Part shown: positions 43,794 to 52,020 of the stretch, one piece after another
Layout of the letters: each line of letters opens with the position of its first letter
How positions within the stretch are numbered: position 1 is the first letter of the stretch
Origin: a virus
DNA length: 64,000 nucleotides
Virus record (IMG/VR): IMGVR_UViG_3300045988_154140
Coordinates: 4,555-68,554 of that record
Strand: one strand, 5' to 3'
The notes under the pieces: model-generated
Told to the model about the DNA's origin: nothing
What the model saw: only the letters and a program-made list of their open reading frames with translations
Databases searched by the model: none
Program-made: the position numbers and the translations under genes

Positions 43794-44195
43794 ATGATGG
43801 ATATAGAATTTGACAGCATGTTTACAAGATGCCAGGAGTTGTCTTCCTTCGAGGGGAGAAGGCTTACTGACGGGCAGGGCAACAGCATGTACGAGCAAGC
43901 GCACATCACTGACCAAGACAAACCCCTCATACAGGGCATGGTGCGCAAAGCAGTTGAGATGGCAAACAGCCGCCTCAGCAGCTCAGTGGGTGAGATAGGC
44001 TTCAGCCTTACACCCTCACAGCAAGTACAGACTGGTGCGCTGAAGCTGCTTGAAGAGATAGTCGCCGCATACGTCATGTACCTGTGGCTGGAGGACAAGT
44101 CCAAGGAACGCAGCGACTGCTATCTGGCTATGACAGAACAGATGGTGTCGGCATTCCGTTCGCGTGTCCGACCGACACTCATGGATGATTACTGA
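43794..44195 (+). CDS. Small helical protein, paralogue 1 of 4 (133 aa)
   Basis: C-terminal pattern LLEEIVAAYVMYLWLEDKS.. is shared with the next three genes. Confidence 0.65.
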   Translation: MMDIEFDSMFTRCQELSSFEGRRLTDGQGNSMYEQAHITDQDKPLIQGMVRKAVEMANSRLSSSVGEIGFSLTPSQQVQTGALKLLEEIVAAYVMYLWLEDKSKERSDCYLAMTEQMVSAFRSRVRPTLMDDY

Positions 44196-44208
44196 TATAT
44201 AAGTACGC

Positions 44209-44694
44209 ATGGATATAACGATTTACAGAAACCAGCTCAAGTTAGATGCCGACATCGAAACAAGAAAGGCGGGCATGTTCCAAATCAACAAAGACCGCCC
44301 CGAAGAACTCAACGAGGCTCAGATGGGTATGGAGGAGAGCGACCTTAGCTATTTCGAGCGTCAGTGCCAGCAGGGAGTTGATGACCTTCTCACCGTGCTG
44401 CACCGCTTCGTGACTGGATGCACAGGAGAGACGCCTATGGGGGAAGCGGGTAACAACAAGCTGGAGAACACAAAGCAGTGGGTCATATCGCTCTCGTTCG
44501 ACTCAAGGCGCAACGTCATCGCGCGTGCGCTGGCTGGAGCATGCCACCGCTTCGTGCTTATGACAGCGCTGCACGCATGGGCTGTAATGACTATGCCTGC
44601 AATGGCAGAGCAATATCTTGCACGCAGGAATGATGCTGCCGCTGCCATTAGGGAAATGATATACCGCAAGGAACCACCAACACTGCAAGAATGA
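44209..44694 (+). CDS. Small helical protein, paralogue 2 of 4 (161 aa)
   Basis: ALAGACHRFVLMTALHAWAVMTMP.. pattern. Confidence 0.65.
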   Translation: MDITIYRNQLKLDADIETRKAGMFQINKDRPEELNEAQMGMEESDLSYFERQCQQGVDDLLTVLHRFVTGCTGETPMGEAGNNKLENTKQWVISLSFDSRRNVIARALAGACHRFVLMTALHAWAVMTMPAMAEQYLARRNDAAAAIREMIYRKEPPTLQE

Positions 44695-45197
44695 TTATAG
44701 AACTGCTGTATAAATACCTCGACCATGATGCTAGGCAGCTTACCACGCGCTACGCGGAAGCAAGGACTAACGACCCAGAGCTGAGAGACCTGTCACAACT
44801 GGGGGACGGAACAAGCGACCAACAGCTTATAAGGAGGCTCATCGTCACTGGTGTTGGCAAGCTCCGTGCTGTTCTCAGGAACAAACTGGTAAACAGCACC
44901 GAGAATGCCGATGACAAGCTGCCCGTAGTCACCTCCTGGGAGTTCAACTTCAAGGAGGCCGATGCTGACAGTCGGGCGCTTGCTGAACTCATGCACTGGT
45001 TCATCGTGAGAGCGGCCATCGTGGAGTGGTGCAGGATGTTCTCACCAAGCGACCTGTCAGAGGTGAAGTCGGCGGTAGAGGATGCAGCAGACGAGCTGGA
45101 CGAGTTGCTGTCTAGCTCGGGCATGCCTACGAAGGAGAGACGCACGCTCATAAGCGAGGACGGCCCCGCTGAAGTCAAATTCACATACATACCATAA
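44691..45197 (+). CDS. Small helical protein, paralogue 3 of 4 (168 aa)
   Basis: ALAELMHWFIVRAAIVEWCRMFSP.. pattern; 4-nt overlap with the upstream gene. Confidence 0.65.
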   Translation: MIIELLYKYLDHDARQLTTRYAEARTNDPELRDLSQLGDGTSDQQLIRRLIVTGVGKLRAVLRNKLVNSTENADDKLPVVTSWEFNFKEADADSRALAELMHWFIVRAAIVEWCRMFSPSDLSEVKSAVEDAADELDELLSSSGMPTKERRTLISEDGPAEVKFTYIP

Positions 45198-45694
45198 TGG
45201 ACGCATCGGTTAAGCTTCTCCTCAGTGAGATAAAATATGAAGTGAAGTTCGACTCCTGGTTGAAGAACAGGGTGACGAATGCAGAGCAACGCAATGCCAA
45301 CAAGAAGGCGTACAAGTCTGTCGAGTATGCCTTCAAGGACGACAAGGCAGAGGACTGGCTTGTGCGTCAGATACAGGATGCCGTGGATAGCGTGTACGGA
45401 CGGCTTCGCTGGTGCCTACATGATGACAGCCGTATGCAGTCAGATGAGATATGGAAGAACCCTACAGAGTGGTCGCTGCACTTCCGCTTCTCTGAGATGT
45501 GGCGGGGCAGTGTACGCTCACTGAAAGCGCATATACACCGCTATGTATGCGACTACGTTATATCGCAGTGGTATCGTGCCATGAATGACGAGCGCGCGCA
45601 ACAAAACTATACTATATCCGCAGAAAACCACCTTGCGAAGGCTTACAATGAAGCGCGCTCTGAGGTGGTTCGGATTGAACCCTGGAGGTTATGA
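45197..45694 (+). CDS. Small helical protein, paralogue 4 of 4 (165 aa)
   Basis: SLKAHIHRYVCDYVISQWYRAMND.. pattern; 1-nt overlap upstream, 4-nt overlap downstream. Confidence 0.65.
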   Translation: MDASVKLLLSEIKYEVKFDSWLKNRVTNAEQRNANKKAYKSVEYAFKDDKAEDWLVRQIQDAVDSVYGRLRWCLHDDSRMQSDEIWKNPTEWSLHFRFSEMWRGSVRSLKAHIHRYVCDYVISQWYRAMNDERAQQNYTISAENHLAKAYNEARSEVVRIEPWRL

Positions 45695-45996
45695 GCAAGA
45701 AGACAGCGGACAAAAGCACAAAGACTTCAGTAGTCAAGGAGAAGATACGCGACTATCTGGACAAGAACTGGGAGAAGCTTATCAAGGATATAGATTCCCT
45801 CGACCCGAAGGAGCGTGTAGATAGACGCATGAAACTCTTGGAGTATGTCATGCCGAAAGCCGCCGCTGCAAAGACAGAGGAGAAGGCACCGCAGTCAATA
45901 GCACAGATAATACTCAGCAAGGAAGCCCAATTCGATGACTACGTGGAAGAGGAAGACTTGCAGGAGAAAGAAATAATAAGGGATGAAGACTTGTAG
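45691..45996 (+). CDS. Lys/Glu-rich 101-aa protein
   Basis: ORF track; last gene of the plus-strand cassette. Confidence 0.55.
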   Translation: MSKKTADKSTKTSVVKEKIRDYLDKNWEKLIKDIDSLDPKERVDRRMKLLEYVMPKAAAAKTEEKAPQSIAQIILSKEAQFDDYVEEEDLQEKEIIRDEDL

Positions 45997-46068
45997 TTTA
46001 AGGTTTGTTTAGTGAGATTAGTGAGAAAGGTTACACACTCATTTGTTTTTTGTTAGTTTTCATGGTTT

Positions 46069-46100
46069 AAGCCCCGCCGTCCGTGAGGATAGCGGGGCTT
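46069..46100. terminator. Bidirectional hairpin AAGCCCCGC-N14-GCGGGGCTT between convergent genes
   Basis: A 9-bp perfect stem read directly; it lies between stop 45996 (+) and stop 46105 (-). Confidence 0.7.
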
Positions 46101-46104
46101 GTCA

Positions 46105-46524
46105 TTACAGCAGGTCTTCCCAGTCAACGGGTATTCCACGGGCTACCATCTTGGCATACCAGCAACGCATTACCTCTCCGTCCCCTGCATCCGCATCATC
46201 AAGAATATCTCTGATAATCTTAGCCAGATGCACCTCGTCAGAGATGCTGCTGCCCAGGTAGTCGCTCCTGCACATGGTAGCGACATACACCATATCGTAG
46301 CCCACATCATTCTCTATCTGCACTCCTGTACGACTCAAAAGCTCATCCACCTGTTCGCGTGTCAGTGCAGTAGTACGTTCCAAGGATCCAGACTCCGCGC
46401 GTCTGTACATGTGCCTTGCGGCAAACTCACAAGCCTTACGGTTGAAGTGCCACCCGTAGTTGCGCAAGTACGAACGCATGCCGTCGGGCATCCTGTCATA
46501 AGTATCAAGGCTTGTCCGTCTCAT
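46105..46524 (-). CDS. Hypothetical 139-aa protein
   Basis: ORF track. Confidence 0.6.
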   Translation of the reverse strand: MRRTSLDTYDRMPDGMRSYLRNYGWHFNRKACEFAARHMYRRAESGSLERTTALTREQVDELLSRTGVQIENDVGYDMVYVATMCRSDYLGSSISDEVHLAKIIRDILDDADAGDGEVMRCWYAKMVARGIPVDWEDLL

Positions 46525-46528
46525 AAGG

Positions 46529-46765
46529 CTACCTCATATAACGGCCAGAGTGCTTCTGCTTCCTCGCACCCATACGGCCGTAGCGTCCGTAATCATCTTC
46601 CTCCTCGTACTCGTTATCGTCCCAGTCGTCCCTGTCTCCACCTCTCTGGTTGCCCTCGAGGTCTTCAAGGCACTGCATGAGCTTACCGCCTGCACTGAGC
46701 ATCTTTTCGCAAAGCTCCGACATCTTATTGCGCTTGTCTTCGCTTATCTGTACCATATATCCCAT
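46529..46765 (-). CDS. Hypothetical 78-aa protein with acidic D/E/Y-rich tail
   Basis: ORF track. Confidence 0.5.
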   Translation of the reverse strand: MGYMVQISEDKRNKMSELCEKMLSAGGKLMQCLEDLEGNQRGGDRDDWDDNEYEEEDDYGRYGRMGARKQKHSGRYMR

Positions 46766-46771
46766 AATCTT

Positions 46772-47284
46772 CTACTTTTTATTTGCTTCTGACATGGAGA
46801 GCAACAAGCCCTTAATATCCGAGAGGTCTGTGCGCATGCCGTTCATCTCCTTCTCCAGATTCTGTATCTTCTGCTCCTGCTCACGCTCCTTGGCTATCTG
46901 TGGGTTGAGGAGGGCAAGGAACTCACCGCAGCGACCGACTACCTGCTGGTTATGCTCCATGCTGTCAAGGATGGACTGACTCGCCCTTCTCATGCTCTCC
47001 ACCTCGGCGCTCATCGCGTCACGGCTCTCGCTTATCACCACATTGCCTGTGCCGAAGTTGGCTATACTAAGGTTTGCTGGCACCTGCTTGAACTCCAAGG
47101 ACTCGTCACCGCACTTGGCAGTAATATCCACTATCATCTCCTGACCGAAGTTAGGAGTGAAGTTGCCTGTCTGGAACTTCGGTGTAGGCGCACTCACAGA
47201 TGACACCTCTGCTATCTTCAGCTTGATGTCGCTGCCCTTCTCCAGTATATAGAAGGGGCTTCCTGCTCTCAATGTCTGAAACAT
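46772..47284 (-). CDS. Hypothetical 170-aa protein, C-terminal coiled coil
   Basis: ORF track. Confidence 0.6.
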   Translation of the reverse strand: MFQTLRAGSPFYILEKGSDIKLKIAEVSSVSAPTPKFQTGNFTPNFGQEMIVDITAKCGDESLEFKQVPANLSIANFGTGNVVISESRDAMSAEVESMRRASQSILDSMEHNQQVVGRCGEFLALLNPQIAKEREQEQKIQNLEKEMNGMRTDLSDIKGLLLSMSEANKK

Positions 47285-47314
47285 AATTCTACCTTTTAAT
47301 TCTTACTCTCTTCT

Positions 47315-47653
47315 TCACGCTACTGGACTCATCAGAGTAAGCGTGTTGGCGCTCTTGTTGAACAGCACCTCTATGTAGGTCACGCCCACAAGGGAGGCCG
47401 CAGTCACGGCTGCGCCTGTCACACTCACCAGAGGAAGACTTGCCCCGTTCGTGCTCACAAGGACGGGCAGCGTGCCTGTAGTCCCTGTGGGTATAACGGG
47501 AGTGGCCTCCACGATGATTATGCCCTTGGCTCCGAGAAAACGGAACACGTGGTTGGGAAGGTCAATAGTCACGTCGGCCGTCCCTACCGTAGCGGGGGCA
47601 GTCACAATAGGTGTGCCACCCCTGTTCGCAATGAACACGCTCCTGTTAGTCAT
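47315..47653 (-). CDS. Hypothetical 112-aa beta-rich protein
   Basis: ORF track. Confidence 0.6.
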   Translation of the reverse strand: MTNRSVFIANRGGTPIVTAPATVGTADVTIDLPNHVFRFLGAKGIIIVEATPVIPTGTTGTLPVLVSTNGASLPLVSVTGAAVTAASLVGVTYIEVLFNKSANTLTLMSPVA

Positions 47654-47671
47654 ACCACGTTCTCCTATCCG

Positions 47672-48568
47672 TTATCCCCAGAATCCGTTTTGCTGCCCAA
47701 TGCCATACTGCCATGCCACACAAGAGGGCATCAGCACACCCTGCGGGTTAGGCACAGTCACGGTAGCGGGCATCGCGGACTTGATGGCATTCAGCTCGCT
47801 CTGCATGGGAGCCAGCATGGACGCAAAGGTTGCGTTCTGATGCTCCTGGCTTATCTGTGCCTTCAAGGTGGCTATCTCGCAGGCCTGTCCCGCAATCTTG
47901 TCCTGCATTGCTGCGTTCTCCATTGCGTCAAGCTTGGCGATTATGGCCTGTGTGTTGGCATTACCAGTGTCCTTCAGAGTCTGCACGCCGTTGGCCATAC
48001 CCTGCTGGATAGCACAAGTCTGAGCCTGCGTTTCGTAGGCAACATTACTGAAGCCTCTCTCCTGCCCAGTGGCTACATAGTTGATAGCGTTCTGAAGGGT
48101 GTTGGTCTGATTGCAGATGGCAAGTTGGTTGTCGCAGCAACACTTGCTCAACTGGCTTGCAAGACTGGTGTTGCCTGCCTGTATGGCATTGATGACCTGC
48201 TGGCCAGTAAGGCCAACCTGATTGCCCACTCCCTGTATGGCACTCTGCACGCTGCATATAGCAGTTCGGATGCTGTTTGCATCACAGTTCAGAGTCGTTG
48301 CCAGCTGACTGATGGCATTGCCGTTGCCCTGTATAGCACTCATCAGAAGCTCACGCTCTGCCGTGCCTGCTACAGAACCACCGCCGTTACCGCCAAACAG
48401 ACCGTTGCGGTTCCATCCATAAAGGAAGAAAAGGAAGATTACCCAAATCCAGTTTCCGTTTGCACCGAAACCGCCTCCATTGTTCATCATCGCAAGCAGT
48501 GCGTTCGGGTCAAGGCCACCGCTACGGGTTCCCGAGTCAGGGAACATGAAAGTCTTTACATCACTCAT
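47672..48568 (-). CDS. Membrane-anchored Gly/Asn/Gln/Cys-rich protein (298 aa from MSDVKTF)
   Basis: GGGFGANGNWIWVIFLFFLYGWNRNGLFGGNGGG, then Q/N/A-rich repeats with scattered Cys. ATG 48568 was chosen over the longer ORF. Confidence 0.65.
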   Translation of the reverse strand: MSDVKTFMFPDSGTRSGGLDPNALLAMMNNGGGFGANGNWIWVIFLFFLYGWNRNGLFGGNGGGSVAGTAERELLMSAIQGNGNAISQLATTLNCDANSIRTAICSVQSAIQGVGNQVGLTGQQVINAIQAGNTSLASQLSKCCCDNQLAICNQTNTLQNAINYVATGQERGFSNVAYETQAQTCAIQQGMANGVQTLKDTGNANTQAIIAKLDAMENAAMQDKIAGQACEIATLKAQISQEHQNATFASMLAPMQSELNAIKSAMPATVTVPNPQGVLMPSCVAWQYGIGQQNGFWG

Positions 48569-48718
48569 GATATAGATTTTTAAGGCTTGTTTCGTTCCAC
48601 TATTGGAACTTGTTGCAAAGTTCAACCGATTTATTATATGACGCAAAAAGGTGGCAATGGTAATACGTACCAAATGCCACCTATTATGCTTTCACGTTGT
48701 TTTCTAATTACTTACTCA

Positions 48719-49123
48719 TTAGCCAAGAAAGTTCTTCTTGTCTTTTGGCTTGAACAATTTTGAGTGCCTTGCCAGCTGCAAAATCTCATTCACATGCTCC
48801 TCTTTCATTAAGGCTTTGAAGATAGTTTGCCCTTTCTCCATATCGCTCTCTATCTTGCTTATGGGTATCTTCAGCAATTCCTGAGCAGCAAGAAAAGAGT
48901 CATACCGTAGGAAGCCATAATCTGCCTTTCGCATAGGGTACTGCATCGCAAGCATTTCTTCCTTTCCTTGGATCCACTTGTTGATTCCTGAATTGATGAA
49001 GAAGAAACCCGCTACCTCACCATGAGAAACACCCATTATGACAAAGAACTTTCCGTGGTCAACGAAGTCAAAAGTCTCAGAGTGAAGTATCGCTCCCCTC
49101 TTTATCAAGTCTCTATTTGCCAT
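48719..49123 (-). CDS. Unknown 134-aa protein, candidate toxin partner of the Panacea-domain protein
   Basis: The ATG overlaps the upstream TGA by 1 nt (TGATG). It starts MANRDLIKRGAILHSETFDF.. Confidence 0.6.
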   Translation of the reverse strand: MANRDLIKRGAILHSETFDFVDHGKFFVIMGVSHGEVAGFFFINSGINKWIQGKEEMLAMQYPMRKADYGFLRYDSFLAAQELLKIPISKIESDMEKGQTIFKALMKEEHVNEILQLARHSKLFKPKDKKNFLG

Positions 49124-49677
49124 CAGTAGCCACAAAGTACTTCCTCGTACTTCAGTTTTTGGGATATATAATTGGCATACTCCTCTGTGTCCCCAGCCTC
49201 GCAGAGTATATCCTTAACCGAAATTTCCCTGTCTGGTCGGGTGTTATTATAGGCCAGACCATGAGACATTTCTGTAAGTTCTATAAAACTTTTATCGCGG
49301 CATTTCGCAATAGCATTATCAAGGCATTCCTTATCGGAATCGGAGAGGCTGTCTGGGTCGTAGTCAGCCGCAGCACAGATAATAAACCTATTTGCAAAAT
49401 GGAATAACTCCTTCAATTCGTTTGCATTTTCTGACTGAGAGAAATAGCTATCACCCTTTACAGCCTTTGTAATATCATATATCATAGACGGCACGGGGCC
49501 ATACTGCATAGCAATGTAAGTGTCACCTGTTATTGAACGGCCATACTTACTCAGATGCTCCTGGTCTGCAAAATAGAGAGTCTTGTAAACCTTGTGCATG
49601 TCGGCCTGTCCTCCAAACGCAGAAAGGATATAGAGGATAGCATTAACAGATGCGTCCTTGTCAAACAGGTTATTCAT
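49123..49677 (-). CDS. Panacea (DUF4065 / SocA-like) antitoxin-domain protein
   Basis: VNAILYILSAFGGQADMHKVYKTLYFADQEHLSKYGRSITGDTYIAMQYGPVP. An own -7 box TAACTTTG lies at 49703-49710 (forward strand reads CAAAGTTA). Confidence 0.75.
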   Translation of the reverse strand: MNNLFDKDASVNAILYILSAFGGQADMHKVYKTLYFADQEHLSKYGRSITGDTYIAMQYGPVPSMIYDITKAVKGDSYFSQSENANELKELFHFANRFIICAAADYDPDSLSDSDKECLDNAIAKCRDKSFIELTEMSHGLAYNNTRPDREISVKDILCEAGDTEEYANYISQKLKYEEVLCGY

Positions 49678-49779
49678 ATTACTTACATTTCGGTTTCGCC
49701 TGCAAAGTTATGAATAAATACTCAGTTGTAGCACCAAATGTGGCTACAAGTTTTACGTATGACTCGTAAAAAGAGCTTT

Positions 49780-50121
49780 TTATACCCCGCTTGGCTCAAA
49801 ATTCCTGCACAGAAGCACGGCTTCTGCCTCTGCTATCCTATAGGCTCTTGAGGTTCTGTGGTACTGATAACCGAGTTCCTGCAAGTGCCGTATGGCCTGC
49901 GGGGTACGGCCTAAGAGCTGTGCGGCTGTGGTCACGCTATACCCCGCACCAGATATTTCGCCTACCAGTATGCAGCGCGCCATAAGCACGTTCTCTGCCC
50001 TACTCTTGCCAAGCACATCCTCCGCCGTGAGGTTCACGTGACCCTCCGCATCTATCTGTGTGGCGCAACAGCTAACCACACTATCTACTATTCTGTACAA
50101 CTCTGTCTCCTTGTCGTTCAT
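49780..50121 (-). CDS. DnaA domain-IV-like HTH protein (113 aa from MNDKETEL)
   Basis: KSRAENVLMARCILVGEISGAGYSVTTAAQLLGRTPQAIRH resembles the DnaA C-terminal HTH. The internal ATG was chosen because the long ORF overlaps the upstream gene. Confidence 0.5.
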   Translation of the reverse strand: MNDKETELYRIVDSVVSCCATQIDAEGHVNLTAEDVLGKSRAENVLMARCILVGEISGAGYSVTTAAQLLGRTPQAIRHLQELGYQYHRTSRAYRIAEAEAVLLCRNFEPSGV

Positions 50122-50134
50122 GGTATTTGTTGTA

Positions 50135-50707
50135 TTATAAGAAGTCCACAAACGTGAACCTCTCTTCGTTGAACTTATGCGGCCTCTTATAGAGCCTGTC
50201 CCACAGCCAGGGGATAGGAAGATAGGTATGCCAGCTTCTACCGTCAAGCGGCAAGAAGCCCTGCACACCTCCACTGTAGCCTACCTCTGCGGGCAGAACA
50301 GACACGTAATCCACCTTAACGCTGGCATACTTGGCATACTTACAGCAGGCGCTTCCCCATATTATCCACTGAAACCAATGCCGTAAGTTGGTTGCGAACT
50401 GACGGAAGTCTTCTATGTTCTCACTCGTCCCCTCGTAGGTCAGGCATACCTGGCATCTGTCGGGGAAACGGTCTATCATGCCAAGAATGTCATCTGCGCT
50501 CCGCTCGCTCTCCCACAGCCCATGCGCGCATACGTAGCCCTTGCGTCTCCCACGCGCAGGCCGCACACGTATGTCGAAACTCCTGCACCCAGCGGCATAC
50601 TGCTCCGCTATGGTCTTGCTCTGTGTCTTCGCAAAAGGCGTGACCAGCCAAGAGAGGAGACCATGCCCTCTCTCGCCAGTCGCGCTGTCATGTGTCGCTA
50701 TCTTCAT
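50135..50707 (-). CDS. PI-PLC X-domain-like phosphodiesterase (190 aa)
   Basis: IATHDSATG, GCRSFDIRV and CAHG match the two catalytic-His and Arg/Asp segments of PLC-like phosphodiesterases. Confidence 0.6.
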   Translation of the reverse strand: MKIATHDSATGERGHGLLSWLVTPFAKTQSKTIAEQYAAGCRSFDIRVRPARGRRKGYVCAHGLWESERSADDILGMIDRFPDRCQVCLTYEGTSENIEDFRQFATNLRHWFQWIIWGSACCKYAKYASVKVDYVSVLPAEVGYSGGVQGFLPLDGRSWHTYLPIPWLWDRLYKRPHKFNEERFTFVDFL

Positions 50708-50716
50708 TATTATCTA

Positions 50717-50743
50717 TATATATATTAAAGGGGCGACAGCCCC
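50717..50743 (-). terminator. Hairpin GGGGC-TGTC-GCCCC followed by TTTAATATATATA (minus strand) after the antitoxin gene
   Basis: Read directly. Confidence 0.55.
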
Positions 50744-50800
50744 ATTCGTTCATTGCCGTGGAACTGCCGCCCCTTCAGTAGGGCATTGGCTTCGGTTTGC

Positions 50801-51067
50801 CTATATCTTACCGACTACATCCTCGTCCAGTGCTGACGATATTAGCGCGAGCGTTGACAAGGTGAAATTGTGTGTACCACCAAGCCAGCGGGAAACCTCC
50901 GCGCGGGAGCGCCCCATAAGCCTGGCCAGGTCGGCCTGGTTCATTCCCCTCCGCTCCAGAATCACCGCGAGCCTGTCAGATATGGCCATGGACATCTCCA
51001 CCTGCCTGCGTGTGCTGTCTGGTACAGAGGCAAGAGCCTGTGCAAAGAATGGTTCTGAATGTGTCAT
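50801..51067 (-). CDS. XRE-family HTH antitoxin (HigA-like)
   Basis: MNQADLARLMGRSRAEVSRWLGG; 4-nt ATGA overlap with the upstream gene. Confidence 0.8.
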   Translation of the reverse strand: MTHSEPFFAQALASVPDSTRRQVEMSMAISDRLAVILERRGMNQADLARLMGRSRAEVSRWLGGTHNFTLSTLALISSALDEDVVGKI

Positions 51068-51537
51068 AGGCTAAAATCTTTTGTCTCAATTCCTTTTACC
51101 GAGCGTTCCTCTATGATGACTTCACCCTTTCTTATGGCCAGCCTTAATGCGTCATCAAGTTTTTGAAGGGTGAGTACGTAACCGTTTAGTTCATCACAAT
51201 CTTCGTATCGTCTTACCGACTTCACGCCTCCGTTGCCCGCTATTAGAACGCTGTCGCTCAAACGAAGGCAATAAAGCCGAAGCCTTCCAGACTCTATGGG
51301 CAGGGCGCACACATTGTCTCTGAATTTTCCTTCAGGTCGGAAATACCGTTCAAGAAAACCACCCGCGTTCATCATGTGCTGTATGGCAGTCAATATTACT
51401 CCCAGGTCTTTACTATAGTCATCCCTGTGCTCCTCAATGAACTTTTGGAATTCAGTGAAGCTATCACCCTCAAAGCATATTGAGAATAACCCCGCGCGCT
51501 CCGTTTGAGCTACCGATTGTATTTTAACGTTTGGCAT
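51064..51537 (-). CDS. Gp49/HigB/RelE-superfamily-like toxin candidate with N-terminal extension (157 aa)
   Basis: GRLRLYCLRLSDSVLIAGNGGVK resembles the Gp49-like core; the toxin-first gene order is HigBA-like. Confidence 0.5.
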   Translation of the reverse strand: MPNVKIQSVAQTERAGLFSICFEGDSFTEFQKFIEEHRDDYSKDLGVILTAIQHMMNAGGFLERYFRPEGKFRDNVCALPIESGRLRLYCLRLSDSVLIAGNGGVKSVRRYEDCDELNGYVLTLQKLDDALRLAIRKGEVIIEERSVKGIETKDFSL

Positions 51538-51559
51538 AAGTCTATGTAGGTTTGCATCG

Positions 51560-51591
51560 CAAAGATACTACAAACTACCGTCTTTGTGTAG
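51560..51591 (-). promoter_or_regulatory. -7 box TATCTTTG plus adjacent inverted repeat CTACA-N14-TGTAG (candidate TA operator)
   Basis: The forward strand reads CAAAGATA at 51560-51567, and the IR spans 51568-51591, upstream of ATG 51537. Confidence 0.4.
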
Positions 51592-51759
51592 CCTTTTAAG
51601 GTAACATTTTCCAAGCGTTAACAACTTTTAGCCTTTTTGCCTCTTTTAGTTGTCAGTTCCACAAATAAAGTCAAAGTTCACTTTTGCCTTACTGGCGTTT
51701 TTACATGCCTCCTCAGTGCAGTACAACTCAGAGTACTTGCGATTGCAAGGCACGTCAGG

Positions 51760-52020
51760 TCATACTACATATAATATAACCAGCCCTATGGTCGCCGCAG
51801 CACCGCCTATCGCGGTGGCCAGCAAGTCCTTCCAATCAAAGCGCTCGTCAAACAGTTCTTTAACAACTCCAGCCACTATAGATAGACCGAAACCTGTCGC
51901 GAGGGATGCCGCTTCTGTCGCGCCAGCCATGCAGGCAACAAGGTAGGCCATGACGGCTACCAGTGCGCCTGCGAGGAAGTGCGTCACCTTGTCGAGCCCC
52001 CACTTGTCAACGGCCTTCAT
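51760..52020 (-). CDS. Small membrane protein (86 aa, 3 predicted TM)
   Basis: Hydrophobic segments FLAGALVAVMAYLVACMAG, GFGLSIVAGVV and IGGAAATIGLVILYVV. Confidence 0.6.
   Translation of the reverse strand: MKAVDKWGLDKVTHFLAGALVAVMAYLVACMAGATEAASLATGFGLSIVAGVVKELFDERFDWKDLLATAIGGAAATIGLVILYVV

Noticed and set aside
45691-45996. A small terminase call for the K/E-rich 101-aa protein (..DPKERVDRRMKLLEYVMPKAAAA..).
   Set aside because: It shows only a vague resemblance to small-terminase or DUF5681-type N-termini, and it lies 15 kb from terL on another transcription unit. I left it as hypothetical.
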